IMG/VR virus record: IMGVR_UViG_3300042518_000658
Span: 1 to 60,339 of that record
Reading direction: 5' to 3' (one strand)
DNA: 60,339 nucleotides
Source: a virus
Taxonomy: Duplodnaviria; Caudoviricetes
In this document: positions 52,809 to 60,339 of the stretch, in pieces
Layout: each line of letters starts with the position of its first letter
Position numbering within the stretch: position 1 is the first letter of the stretch
Translations under genes and position numbers: made by a program
Notes under the pieces: generated by a model
Database searches by the model: none
What the model saw: the letters and a program-made list of their open reading frames with translations, nothing else
Told to the model about the DNA's origin: nothing

Positions 52809-52838
52809 TTTATGTCGCCCTCTGCTTGAACCGAGGCA
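52809..52838 (-). promoter_or_regulatory. Putative phage-sigma promoter TGCCTCG-N15-GACATAAA
   Basis: Ends 17 nt upstream of the first fibre gene; boxes identical to 40647-40676. Confidence 0.7.
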
Positions 52839-53358
52839 CATGCTTGGATTTGACCTTGGCAATAGCGTCCTTCATGGACATGGAAGGGTTCTTGGCAATC
52901 TCCTTCTTGGCCAGTTCTTTGGCGATTCGCGGGTTCAGGTCTTTCCTGATGGGGGCCTCTTCGCGGGCTTCGATGTCCACGATTCCCCTGACCTGAAGGT
53001 TTCTTTCCTTGGCGACCCGCCTCACATCGGCAATGTCGGAGACCCATGCCTTGGGGTCACAGTGCCCCAACTTGTTGGCCAAGCCGCTCATGTACTGCTT
53101 ACCGCTGATGTCTATGCCTGCTGCCTTAGCCTCTCGGACTATCCTTCTGGCCTGATGGACGGGGAGGTCATCGAGCCAGTTGCCGTCGAGCCTGCCCTGC
53201 TGGAAGGCCCGGTCTGAGCCCTTTGTGCCGGGCGGCTGCTGAAGGGCGACCATGGCGGCAAACTTCTCGCCGTGACCTTCAGCCAACACCTTCAGGTAAT
53301 GGTGCTGAACATCGGGGGAAGCATTGGCAATCTCGAACGGCATGAACGGCTTAATCAC
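52810..53358 (-). CDS. Hypothetical protein downstream of the portal
   Basis: 182 aa, basic; DPKAWVS...VRRVAKERNL motif. Confidence 0.65.
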   Translation of the reverse strand: MIKPFMPFEIANASPDVQHHYLKVLAEGHGEKFAAMVALQQPPGTKGSDRAFQQGRLDGNWLDDLPVHQARRIVREAKAAGIDISGKQYMSGLANKLGHCDPKAWVSDIADVRRVAKERNLQVRGIVDIEAREEAPIRKDLNPRIAKELAKKEIAKNPSMSMKDAIAKVKSKHVPRFKQRAT

Positions 53359-53492
53359 CCTCCACCTCCTCCACCATGGCTGCCGGACTGAACAAACTGC
53401 TGGTTGACCCCAGACGGAGAAGGGGCCTTCGGGTTCTTGGGTGCGGCTGTCTTCTTGCCGGAAGAAGCCAAGGCACGAATCAGGTTGCTCAC
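53355..53492 (-). CDS. 45-aa peptide (not in the ORF track)
   Basis: MSNLIRALASSGKKTAAPKNPKAPSPSGVNQQFVQSGSHGGGGGG; GTGA overlaps at both ends. Confidence 0.55.
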   Translation of the reverse strand: MSNLIRALASSGKKTAAPKNPKAPSPSGVNQQFVQSGSHGGGGGG

Positions 53493-55627
53493 GGGTTCAA
53501 CTCCCGTGGGACCTGAGGTGGCGGCCCTTCAGGTGGCGGCCCTTGGGGTGCCCCACCGCCGCCGTCACCGGGAGGAGGTCCACCTTCGCCCGGAGGAGAA
53601 GCGTTGGGGGCCACGGGAGGCGGCGGCGGGGGCTTGGGCACAAGGAACTGCTTGGAGTCAATGTCGAGGCTCTTGGCCCACTCAGTGATGAGGGCATTAA
53701 ACGGATCGACAACACCCATCGGAATCAGGCCCTGTAGGACCGGGCCGAGGGTTTGCAGGGCCATTTGCATCTGCTCGACCCTGCCAGCCTTGTTGGGCTT
53801 GCGTGCAGAACCAGCCTCAATCCTGTAGTCGTACTCGCGGGCCAGTGCATTGATGTCCAAGTTCTGGATCATCTCCTCCCACACTTGGGCACCAAGCGGG
53901 CCAAGCACGGGGGCGATGTCTCGGGGGTTCAGGAGCCACCGGGCTGCTAGTGCCTCCTTCCTTGCCAACATGGACATGGCATCTTCCAGTGCATTGGCCA
54001 TGTCATCAGGTCTTACTGAAATCTGCTCGGACTTGACCTGCGCCTCGGCAGCACTACGAAACTGGTTACGGGTCATGCCATAGACAAGTTCCGTCAGTCC
54101 GACTCTTTTGTCGAACATATCCATAACAGCCTGCATGATCTGCCATATGTCTGGCGTGACCTGCGGCATCTGGAAGACAGACACAATGTCGTTGACCGAC
54201 CGGCCAAGGGTCTCGGACAACTCCAGCAGCGAGAATCCGTTCTCTTCGTGCTTAAGAATCTGGTCCTTGATGTCATCCCCGGCTGCCTTGGCGACACCCA
54301 CCACGGTCTTGCAGGACACCATGAGGCGTCCGGCAAGGAAGGAAATTGCCCAGTTCAAGAATTTGAGTTCCGCCAGACCCGGCTTCAAATGGCTGATCGG
54401 CCAGATGTACCCGGGCTTTCGGTGGAACTGGAGCGGAGTCCAAGGCCAGCACGAAATGTCGGCATAGAACGGGATCGGCCACCGGGTCTGGGTGAACAGG
54501 GTGTTCGGCAGGCCAGACTCGTCCGGCGGCTCAAGGGCGATCTCTTTGGGGCAGTTCAGCGGGTAGTCCACCCCTTCGGCCACCACGACGTAACAGTTCT
54601 GCCCGAGGGAATCGAACATCCCGGCGAACTCTTTGGGTGCCCCCTTCAGGGTGTGACCAAAGCCAGTCTTGCTGTAAATCTTCCAGTAGACGATCAGGTC
54701 ATTGGTCTTGCCGTTACGCTTCTTGGTCTTGTACTCCCGCTCTTCTTCTGCGGAACGGGAAACGTGGCTCTCCAAGTGGCCCTTCAGGTCATCCCTGTTG
54801 AGCCCGTACTTTCTGGCCACCTCGTCAATGGGGTGGATGCAGCGGCGGGCACACCACAGGATGTCCTCCTGCTCGTCCGCATCCGGGTCCATGAGCAGGT
54901 TGTCTACCGAGTCGGCAAAGGACCCGACAATCCCAACTGGGTCCTCGCCATCGGCACCGGGGAGTTCGACCAGTTCGGTCCACCACACCCCCATGCCCTT
55001 GATGATCCCCTCGTCCACAACCCTGCGGGAATGCTCCTTTAGGTTTAACTCGACAGGGGTGTAGTTCAGGTAGGACTCGACCAGAGAACTGATAGTTCGC
55101 CTTGTCTCCTCGATCATCCCGATCTGCTGGGATGCCTGAATGAACTGCTGAATCCTCGGGTCCTGCATGGGCTGGCCCGTCTTGGGGTCAACCTGCGGAG
55201 GGGCACTTGGGTCGATCCCTAGGGCTGTGGGTGGGATGACAGGAAAGGTCTTGGGGGTTACCGTCCGCACCGGGTTACGGGCATAGATAACCGAGCCAAA
55301 CAGTTTTACGGCCTCGAACGCCTTGTTGATGCAGAACCTGAACGACGGCGGGGCAATCTTGGAGATAGGGGCCTCCTTGCCCGTACCCCCTTGGCCGTTC
55401 TTCCAGAACCAGTCCCCGTGCCCGTCATAGAAGTTCATGCACTCCTTGGCGTCCTCACTGAAAGGACGCTTGTGCTTTTCGGCCTGCTTGATCTTGGAGA
55501 GCCAAGACGAAGAGATAGACCTGAGGGCGTCCTCCATCTTCTTTTGGGAGATGGCGTCCTCTGGCAACTCTGGCAGGCCGCCTTCGGCACCCTCAATCGG
55601 CAGTTCGGGGGCTAGTTCGTCCATCAA
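53489..55627 (-). CDS. Portal protein (P22/T7-like)
   Basis: 712 aa downstream of the terminase; NLLMDPDA, VGLTELVYG..RSAAEA, YDYRIEAGS motifs and a Pro-rich tail. Confidence 0.85.
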   Translation of the reverse strand: MMDELAPELPIEGAEGGLPELPEDAISQKKMEDALRSISSSWLSKIKQAEKHKRPFSEDAKECMNFYDGHGDWFWKNGQGGTGKEAPISKIAPPSFRFCINKAFEAVKLFGSVIYARNPVRTVTPKTFPVIPPTALGIDPSAPPQVDPKTGQPMQDPRIQQFIQASQQIGMIEETRRTISSLVESYLNYTPVELNLKEHSRRVVDEGIIKGMGVWWTELVELPGADGEDPVGIVGSFADSVDNLLMDPDADEQEDILWCARRCIHPIDEVARKYGLNRDDLKGHLESHVSRSAEEEREYKTKKRNGKTNDLIVYWKIYSKTGFGHTLKGAPKEFAGMFDSLGQNCYVVVAEGVDYPLNCPKEIALEPPDESGLPNTLFTQTRWPIPFYADISCWPWTPLQFHRKPGYIWPISHLKPGLAELKFLNWAISFLAGRLMVSCKTVVGVAKAAGDDIKDQILKHEENGFSLLELSETLGRSVNDIVSVFQMPQVTPDIWQIMQAVMDMFDKRVGLTELVYGMTRNQFRSAAEAQVKSEQISVRPDDMANALEDAMSMLARKEALAARWLLNPRDIAPVLGPLGAQVWEEMIQNLDINALAREYDYRIEAGSARKPNKAGRVEQMQMALQTLGPVLQGLIPMGVVDPFNALITEWAKSLDIDSKQFLVPKPPPPPPVAPNASPPGEGGPPPGDGGGGAPQGPPPEGPPPQVPRELNP

Positions 55628-55974
55628 CGGTATCTCTTGCAGGCGTAAAACCGGCCATCTCGACCACGGGCAACGCCTTGGTCGATCACTGACATACCGC
55701 TGCGGGAATAGCAGCAGTTGGACAACGCCTGCTCTGGGGTCATCCCCATGCCGACGCCTTCGTATCCCGAGTTCCCGCCGAGGTGAGCCATGACGCCACG
55801 CTCGGCCATGATCTCAGCCACCCCCTGTGCCGTGCTGGTGTTCCAGCGGGGCATGATCTGGCACTTTCCCGAGGGGCAGTTAGAGGCGACCCCGGTGGTC
55901 TTGCGGGGCTTGGCGTTTGCCTGACCCGACAAGGCACAAAGGACGAGTGCAATAAGTGGAAGACGTTTCATCAC
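55624..55974 (-). CDS. Secreted minimal CAP-like protein
   Basis: Signal peptide ending ANA-K; AQGVAEIMAERGVMAH.GG...EGVG...A..NCCY...GVARG.DG.FYAC looks like a condensed CAP fold. Confidence 0.65.
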   Translation of the reverse strand: MMKRLPLIALVLCALSGQANAKPRKTTGVASNCPSGKCQIMPRWNTSTAQGVAEIMAERGVMAHLGGNSGYEGVGMGMTPEQALSNCCYSRSGMSVIDQGVARGRDGRFYACKRYR

Positions 55975-56312
55975 TGCACCTCCTTCTTGACGTTCTTGGC
56001 CGCCTCGATCTTCTGCTTGGTCATCAGGCTGGCCAGTTCTTTCAGGGTCTTCGTGTTCGGGTGCAGGTCATAGGCACCCCACTTGCCCCACGCGGCGGCA
56101 GTGTCGTTCTCTTTCCAGAACGGGTCATCCCGGTGACGGACGGATGGCTTCTCGACAAAGCCAGCGTTTTCCGCCCAGCACAGGATATTTATGGTCTGGG
56201 AACCCGGCTTGCGTGACACCCAGCCCATGACAGGGTCTTGGGGTGCAAAGGGGTTTGAGTACCAAAGGACCATGTCCCCGACCATAAGGTCAGGGGTAGA
56301 AAAACTTGGCAT
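55971..56312 (-). CDS. Hypothetical protein
   Basis: Start at MPSF with a GGAGGAG RBS; VGDMVLWY...SVRHRDDP...WGAYD. Confidence 0.65.
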   Translation of the reverse strand: MPSFSTPDLMVGDMVLWYSNPFAPQDPVMGWVSRKPGSQTINILCWAENAGFVEKPSVRHRDDPFWKENDTAAAWGKWGAYDLHPNTKTLKELASLMTKQKIEAAKNVKKEVQ

Positions 56313-56401
56313 TTGCTCCTCCAAAAGCCATGTAAATGTCGGGGTTCACACCGACCAACATGATCTACAAGAGGGAAACGCCAGAGATCAACGGGCATCC
56401 G

Positions 56402-58954
56402 CTATGCCACCCATGTCTCGGTGTATGAGTTTGGGGCTAAGTAAACAACGCCGCCCGTGCCCTTTGCTTTGTCCCGCTTCTCTTTCCATGACCACCACCA
56501 AGGCTGCTCGACCTGCTGCTCGGGCTTGTGGTAGGCGGGTTCGTAGGAACACAGGTAACGGACGCAGTCCACCAGATGGAACTCGCCACGCTTGTTTGGC
56601 TCGTCCGTCACCACCGATGTCCCGGCGACGTAGGCCACCTTCTTCTTGTACCTCTTCATTTCCCTTTCGAGATTAGGCATGGTTCCACGGAGATACCTTA
56701 GCCTTGCAGTTCCACATGCCCGTATATGAAGCATATTGCGGACTGCCTGAAGACCGGCCAGAACATCGTCTGACCCCGGGATGAAACTGGACCCGGTGAC
56801 TCGGGACCTCACGTTCAGGGCCGACAACTGCTCGGTGTACTGGTCCTGCGGGCTGCGGCCTGAACCAATGTCGGTCAGGCGGGCACCGTGGGCGTCGATC
56901 AAGAAGGCGTGAAACTGCTTGCCCTGAACCTTCCGCAGGAACTCTTGGCCAAAGATGATGGCGTTGCAGTTGCGGATATAGAGTTCGTCGTAGAGCAGGA
57001 TGAACTTCTCGTCCGGGGGGACAGCCGCGAACAGGACGGCGGTGATGGCGTGCCCGGGGTCGATGACCGCATACCGGCACCAGTCATCAGGGACTTGCCC
57101 GCCCGGAAAAATACTTGAATCAAACCCGTGGATCGACGGACTCCAGTTGGGGTAAACCAAGATGGAGTCGGTGATGAACTCACCCTCGGACCTCTGCCTG
57201 AGAATGTCATCCCCGACAGCCGACCACCGCTCGATCATTTTCCGCTTTTCGTCTTGGTCGATATGGGGATTGTCCAGAAACCGGAAGACGAACCGCCGGA
57301 TGTCCTTGGTGTTGCCCTGCTCCTCGGCCTTTTCGGCCCGCTCATTCAGGCCTATGAGGGCTTCATTCTTCGAGTGCGGCATAGCAGACCAGTTAAACAG
57401 GCCCTTCCTGTCGGCTAGTCTTGCCTGCATCTCTGGGACCCATGCCTCGTTGTTTAGGTCCTCGTCTATATGAACCCTATCTGCTTGGAAGCCTTGGGGT
57501 GGGTCTCCCTCTGAGGAGAAGCAGTAGATGGTCCAGCCGTTGACCAACTCGCAGGAGTTCAGGTATCCGGCTGACTTCAAGACCCACGAATAACTTTTAA
57601 TCATCCGGGGCGGGATCAGGGGCGGTGCTGGCTTTGCCTCGGCAAGCCTGCTGGCGTCTGCAACCGGGTCAAAGGCACGGAACTGGCCGGTCTGCTCGTC
57701 CCGAATGATCTTGAAGGCCCCGGCCTTAAACAGATATGGCACAACAACTAGGCCAATGTGCTTCCAGTTCTGGCCGATGATGACGAGGTTGCCGCCCTCC
57801 TTGCGGTACTTGCCCTCGACGGGATGGGTGCCAGTGGCGGCCCACGCATCCTCAATGAACGTGGCTAAAGACTTGCCGCTGTTGTGATGAAGGACGCCGC
57901 CCGCAAAGTAGCACTCGGTGTCTTCGACTGTGATGTCCCAGATTTTTCCTTGCCCGATTAGGCGAACGGAGGTAATACAAACAGATTCCCTCCAATCAAG
58001 AGATGCCGATGCCAACGAAAAGAAATCCGGTTCTTTGGGACTTTGATCTTCTTCGCCGTCTTTATGAAGACGAACTCCTGACCGTTGAGGAAATCGGCGT
58101 TCGTCTTGGCGTGTCAGGAAAGGTTGCCAACAAAGCCTGCCGCCGTGCTGGTGTTCGGATGCGGCGACGAGGGCCGCTATCTGGGAAAGGCCATCCCTGC
58201 TGGAAAGGCGGCGTGACAACTGACAAGTCTGGCTACGTCCTTCGGTACAAGCCGAATCACCCCTTCTGCAATGCAGGCGGCTACATCCGAGAGCATCGAC
58301 TTGTGATGGAGCAAAAACTGGGAAGGACCCTTCTGCCGCTGGAGGTTGTCCACCACAGGGATGATGACCCGTCGAACAACCATCCAGACAACCTTGAACT
58401 GTTTGCGTCAAACCGCGAGCATCTGGCCGCAACCCTGAAAGGCAAGTGCCCTCAGTGGTCGGAAGAGGGAAAAGCAAGGATTGCCGTTGCAGTGCGTCGG
58501 CCACGGAAACCCACCCTTCGGACGAAAGCACTCGATGAGCAAGAGTCGTCCGAATCGTCTGGCCGTTCGACAGCGTGACTTCCCAAAGATCGCCATAGCC
58601 CTTGACGAAAGGACGGCAGGCTGACTTAACCACCACGCCGCTGCCGTCCCAAGACAAGACATGAAAGTCTGAGTCTATTTCATCAACCCGGATGGTGCGG
58701 TCGAGAACGGGGTCGTAGAGTTCTTGGCTGCCGTCAAGACACCGATTGCCCCCGATTACCAGCGTTTCACTGGACAGGCACTGATGAAACTCCAACTGCC
58801 TCGGGGTTGGCTTGTATAGCCTCAAGGCTTCGATCCGCCTCTCGTTCAACTCGCTCTGCAAGGTCCGCAATTCGTCCCGCTGGAACGAGGATATGCTCTG
58901 GACCGTTGGCAGCGGGGGCATGGGTGATTGCGGCTGCTTCTTCTTGCGGGGCAT
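56402..58954 (-). CDS. terL: Terminase large subunit containing an intein
   Basis: After splicing (563 aa): PRQLEFH, Walker A GGNR|SGKS, Walker B VHIDED, nuclease motifs VIDPG and HLVDCVRY. Confidence 0.93.
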   Translation of the reverse strand: MPRKKKQPQSPMPPLPTVQSISSFQRDELRTLQSELNERRIEALRLYKPTPRQLEFHQCLSSETLVIGGNRCLDGSQELYDPVLDRTIRVDEIDSDFHVLSWDGSGVVVKSACRPFVKGYGDLWEVTLSNGQTIRTTLAHRVLSSEGWVSVADALQRQSLLFPLPTTEGTCLSGLRPDARGLTQTVQGCLDGCSTGHHPCGGQPPAAEGSFPVFAPSQVDALGCSRLHCRRGDSACTEGRSQTCQLSRRLSSRDGLSQIAALVAASEHQHGGRLCWQPFLTRQDERRFPQRSGVRLHKDGEEDQSPKEPDFFSLASASLDWRESVCITSVRLIGQGKIWDITVEDTECYFAGGVLHHNSGKSLATFIEDAWAATGTHPVEGKYRKEGGNLVIIGQNWKHIGLVVVPYLFKAGAFKIIRDEQTGQFRAFDPVADASRLAEAKPAPPLIPPRMIKSYSWVLKSAGYLNSCELVNGWTIYCFSSEGDPPQGFQADRVHIDEDLNNEAWVPEMQARLADRKGLFNWSAMPHSKNEALIGLNERAEKAEEQGNTKDIRRFVFRFLDNPHIDQDEKRKMIERWSAVGDDILRQRSEGEFITDSILVYPNWSPSIHGFDSSIFPGGQVPDDWCRYAVIDPGHAITAVLFAAVPPDEKFILLYDELYIRNCNAIIFGQEFLRKVQGKQFHAFLIDAHGARLTDIGSGRSPQDQYTEQLSALNVRSRVTGSSFIPGSDDVLAGLQAVRNMLHIRACGTARLRYLRGTMPNLEREMKRYKKKVAYVAGTSVVTDEPNKRGEFHLVDCVRYLCSYEPAYHKPEQQVEQPWWWSWKEKRDKAKGTGGVVYLAPNSYTETWVA
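57881..58741 (-). mobile_element. Intein (287 aa) in the terminase Walker A motif
   Basis: Block A CLDGSQ, block B TTLAHRV, block F IWDITVEDTECYFAGG, block G LHHN followed by Ser+1. Confidence 0.95.
58003..58578 (+). CDS. HNH homing endonuclease encoded antisense within the intein
   Basis: N-terminal HTH-like LRRLY...TVEEIGVRLGVS; HPCWKGG; HNH core YIREHRLVMEQKLGR.L...EVVHHRDDDPSNNHPDNLELF. Confidence 0.9.
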   Translation: MPMPTKRNPVLWDFDLLRRLYEDELLTVEEIGVRLGVSGKVANKACRRAGVRMRRRGPLSGKGHPCWKGGVTTDKSGYVLRYKPNHPFCNAGGYIREHRLVMEQKLGRTLLPLEVVHHRDDDPSNNHPDNLELFASNREHLAATLKGKCPQWSEEGKARIAVAVRRPRKPTLRTKALDEQESSESSGRSTA

Positions 58955-59453
58955 TGATGTACCTCATTCCTCCGTAGGTCAGCACGGCCTGCTCCAGCCG
59001 CTTGTTGATCTCGGTCTCCAGTTCCTCCTCGGAGTACAGGTCGATTGGCTTCTTGGCCCCGCCCTGCTCGGTGTTCTTGGAGGCCAGCCGGACAACCATC
59101 TCTAAGATGGAGTTCCTGATCCGGCCCCCCGGGGGAGACTCGAAATACTGCTTCATCACCAGATTGGCGAACCCGTTGGTCCCGCCAAAGTTGTGCATGA
59201 TCGACTCAAGCAGTTCCGCCGTGTGCGGGATGCTAGAGCCCCCCGATACCGACCGGGAGATGTAGGCATCGACAGCCTTGGCCTCAATGGTCTTGAGTTT
59301 GGCCTGCCGCTTCTTCTCTGCCTTGCACTTCTTGCAGTTGAACTGGTAGGTGGACTGGGTGCCGGGGACCCGGGGGAAGAACTTGGGCAGGAGCGGCAAG
59401 ACCTTCTTGCACTGCTCACACTGCCTCGTCTGCGGCTTTGGGAGTTCGTCCAT
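58767..59453 (-). CDS. Probable terminase small subunit with N-terminal zinc finger
   Basis: CEQC...CKKC; SEEELETEI helix; immediately upstream of terL and overlapping it by 188 nt. Confidence 0.6.
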   Translation of the reverse strand: MDELPKPQTRQCEQCKKVLPLLPKFFPRVPGTQSTYQFNCKKCKAEKKRQAKLKTIEAKAVDAYISRSVSGGSSIPHTAELLESIMHNFGGTNGFANLVMKQYFESPPGGRIRNSILEMVVRLASKNTEQGGAKKPIDLYSEEELETEINKRLEQAVLTYGGMRYINAPQEEAAAITHAPAANGPEHILVPAGRIADLAERVEREADRSLEAIQANPEAVGVSSVPVQ

Positions 59454-59728
59454 TACTGGCGGTCCAGTTGGGTGATTGAGTCGATCATCGGGCTCGGGGA
59501 AGTGCCCTCTGCCAGCATCTGCTGCTGCACTTGCCGCAGATAGTCGCCCTTGGCTGACCGAAGTAGCACACTGGCCATGGACGGCCCCTTGAGGTAGTCC
59601 TCGAACGAGCCGGTCATGTCATCGGTGAGGTTGGTGTTCTGCCCGGTAAGCAGGTACTGGATCGCCTGCTTTTCCTCGGGGGACATCTCCTGCGGCCTTG
59701 CCCTCATCACCCGGATTCGATTGCTCAC
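59453..59728 (-). CDS. Small hypothetical protein
   Basis: 91 aa; TAATG coupling to the next gene. Confidence 0.6.
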   Translation of the reverse strand: MSNRIRVMRARPQEMSPEEKQAIQYLLTGQNTNLTDDMTGSFEDYLKGPSMASVLLRSAKGDYLRQVQQQMLAEGTSPSPMIDSITQLDRQ

Positions 59729-59738
59729 GGGAATACCC

Positions 59739-59816
59739 CTATTCGTTTAGTGCCAGCAGGGCGATAAGCATCAGGACTAGGAGCCAGACCAAGGACTGGA
59801 CTAGCCCCCGAGTCAC
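59739..59816 (-). CDS. Possible 25-aa transmembrane peptide (not in the ORF track)
   Basis: GTG start: MTRGLVQSLVWLLVLMLIALLALNE. Confidence 0.35.
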   Translation of the reverse strand: MTRGLVQSLVWLLVLMLIALLALNE

Positions 59817-59855
59817 GGGCGGGGGAGACGGTGTCCGTACCGTCTCCCCCGCCCG
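59816..59855. repeat. Perfect 17-bp inverted repeat (hairpin without U-tract)
   Basis: CGGGCGGGGGAGACGGT-gtccgt-ACCGTCTCCCCCGCCCG. Confidence 0.85.
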
Positions 59856-59889
59856 GTTGTCAGCATGGCCCCTCCCAGAGCCGCTGAAC

Positions 59890-60240
59890 TCAGTTGGCGT
59901 CATACGCCTTCATCACGGCTTCCTGCTTGGCCTCCTGAGTTGCCGCGTCGGCAGCCTTCCGGCTGAACTTGGCAGCCCGATGGCCCAGCACGGCAGCCTT
60001 CTTGGTGGCACGGGCCTCACGGTTGGCATCCTTGAACGCCGACCGAAGGCTGACGGACTCGGCAGGAACCACGACCGTCTCCTCGACCACAACAGCCGGG
60101 GGAACGACCACAACGGTCTCCTCGACCACGACGGGGGCCTTGGCGACCTTCTTACCGTGGCAGTCGCCCGCATGGACAACAGACGCACAGGCACAACCGA
60201 GGACAAACGAAAACGACAGGATCAGGCACTTCTTCATCAT
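59890..60240 (-). CDS. Secreted low-complexity protein with VVVEETVVV repeats
   Basis: Signal peptide ending VHA-G; duplicated VVVEETVVV unit; Ala/Lys-rich helix. Confidence 0.7.
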   Translation of the reverse strand: MMKKCLILSFSFVLGCACASVVHAGDCHGKKVAKAPVVVEETVVVVPPAVVVEETVVVPAESVSLRSAFKDANREARATKKAAVLGHRAAKFSRKAADAATQEAKQEAVMKAYDAN

Positions 60241-60339
60241 CCACCAACCTTTCTTTGGTTACTCGAAAACTTGGGTCCAGAAAATGGCTCGTCCGCTATT
60301 GACGGCACCAACCCCGATGGTTGAGTACCGACCGTTCAG
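60213..60339. repeat. Terminal direct repeat (copy 2)
   Basis: Identical to 1-127. Confidence 0.95.

Noticed and set aside
57881-58741. Group I intron interrupting terL
   Set aside because: The reading frame is continuous and all intein splicing blocks are present; no intron core motifs were seen.
1340-59453. Alternative genetic code or stop-codon reassignment
   Set aside because: Genes are full length and tightly packed under the standard code and use all three stop codons.

Overview
The window appears to be a complete, circular, GC-rich temperate phage genome of about 60,212 bp. Bases 1-127 repeat at 60213-60339, which looks like an assembly overlap. It has a podovirus-like layout: HK97-type capsid and scaffold, terminase, portal, short-tail and fibre genes, and three large probable ejection proteins, with no tape measure or sheath recognised. 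The host is most likely a Planctomycete (inferred from protein styles, not proven). A rightward early arm (7.5-20.1 kb) carries small ORFs, a TraR/DksA finger, a MoxR-AAA/VWA-peptidase module, a LexA-type HTH and a serine recombinase. A leftward middle arm (28.2-20.0 kb) carries a RecE-like exonuclease, ERF, CsrA, an SF2 helicase, an HNH, a resolvase and a sigma factor. A tyrosine integrase sits beside a tRNA(CAT) 3'-half attP, and a long leftward late arm holds the virion genes. The most striking observations are: (1) a 287-aa intein in the terminase Walker A motif whose HNH homing endonuclease is encoded on the opposite strand; (2) fibre genes in which a normally contiguous hinge motif is split across gene boundaries, suggesting a plug-and-socket, multi-polypeptide fibre; (3) a repeated hairpin-plus-conserved-box element in the early region with sequence-variable stems; (4) a four-copy promoter consensus, probably for the phage sigma factor; (5) attP lying in the 5' part of the exonuclease ORF; (6) a probable structured RNA after the helicase. 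All calls come from reading motifs by eye; no database searches were run.
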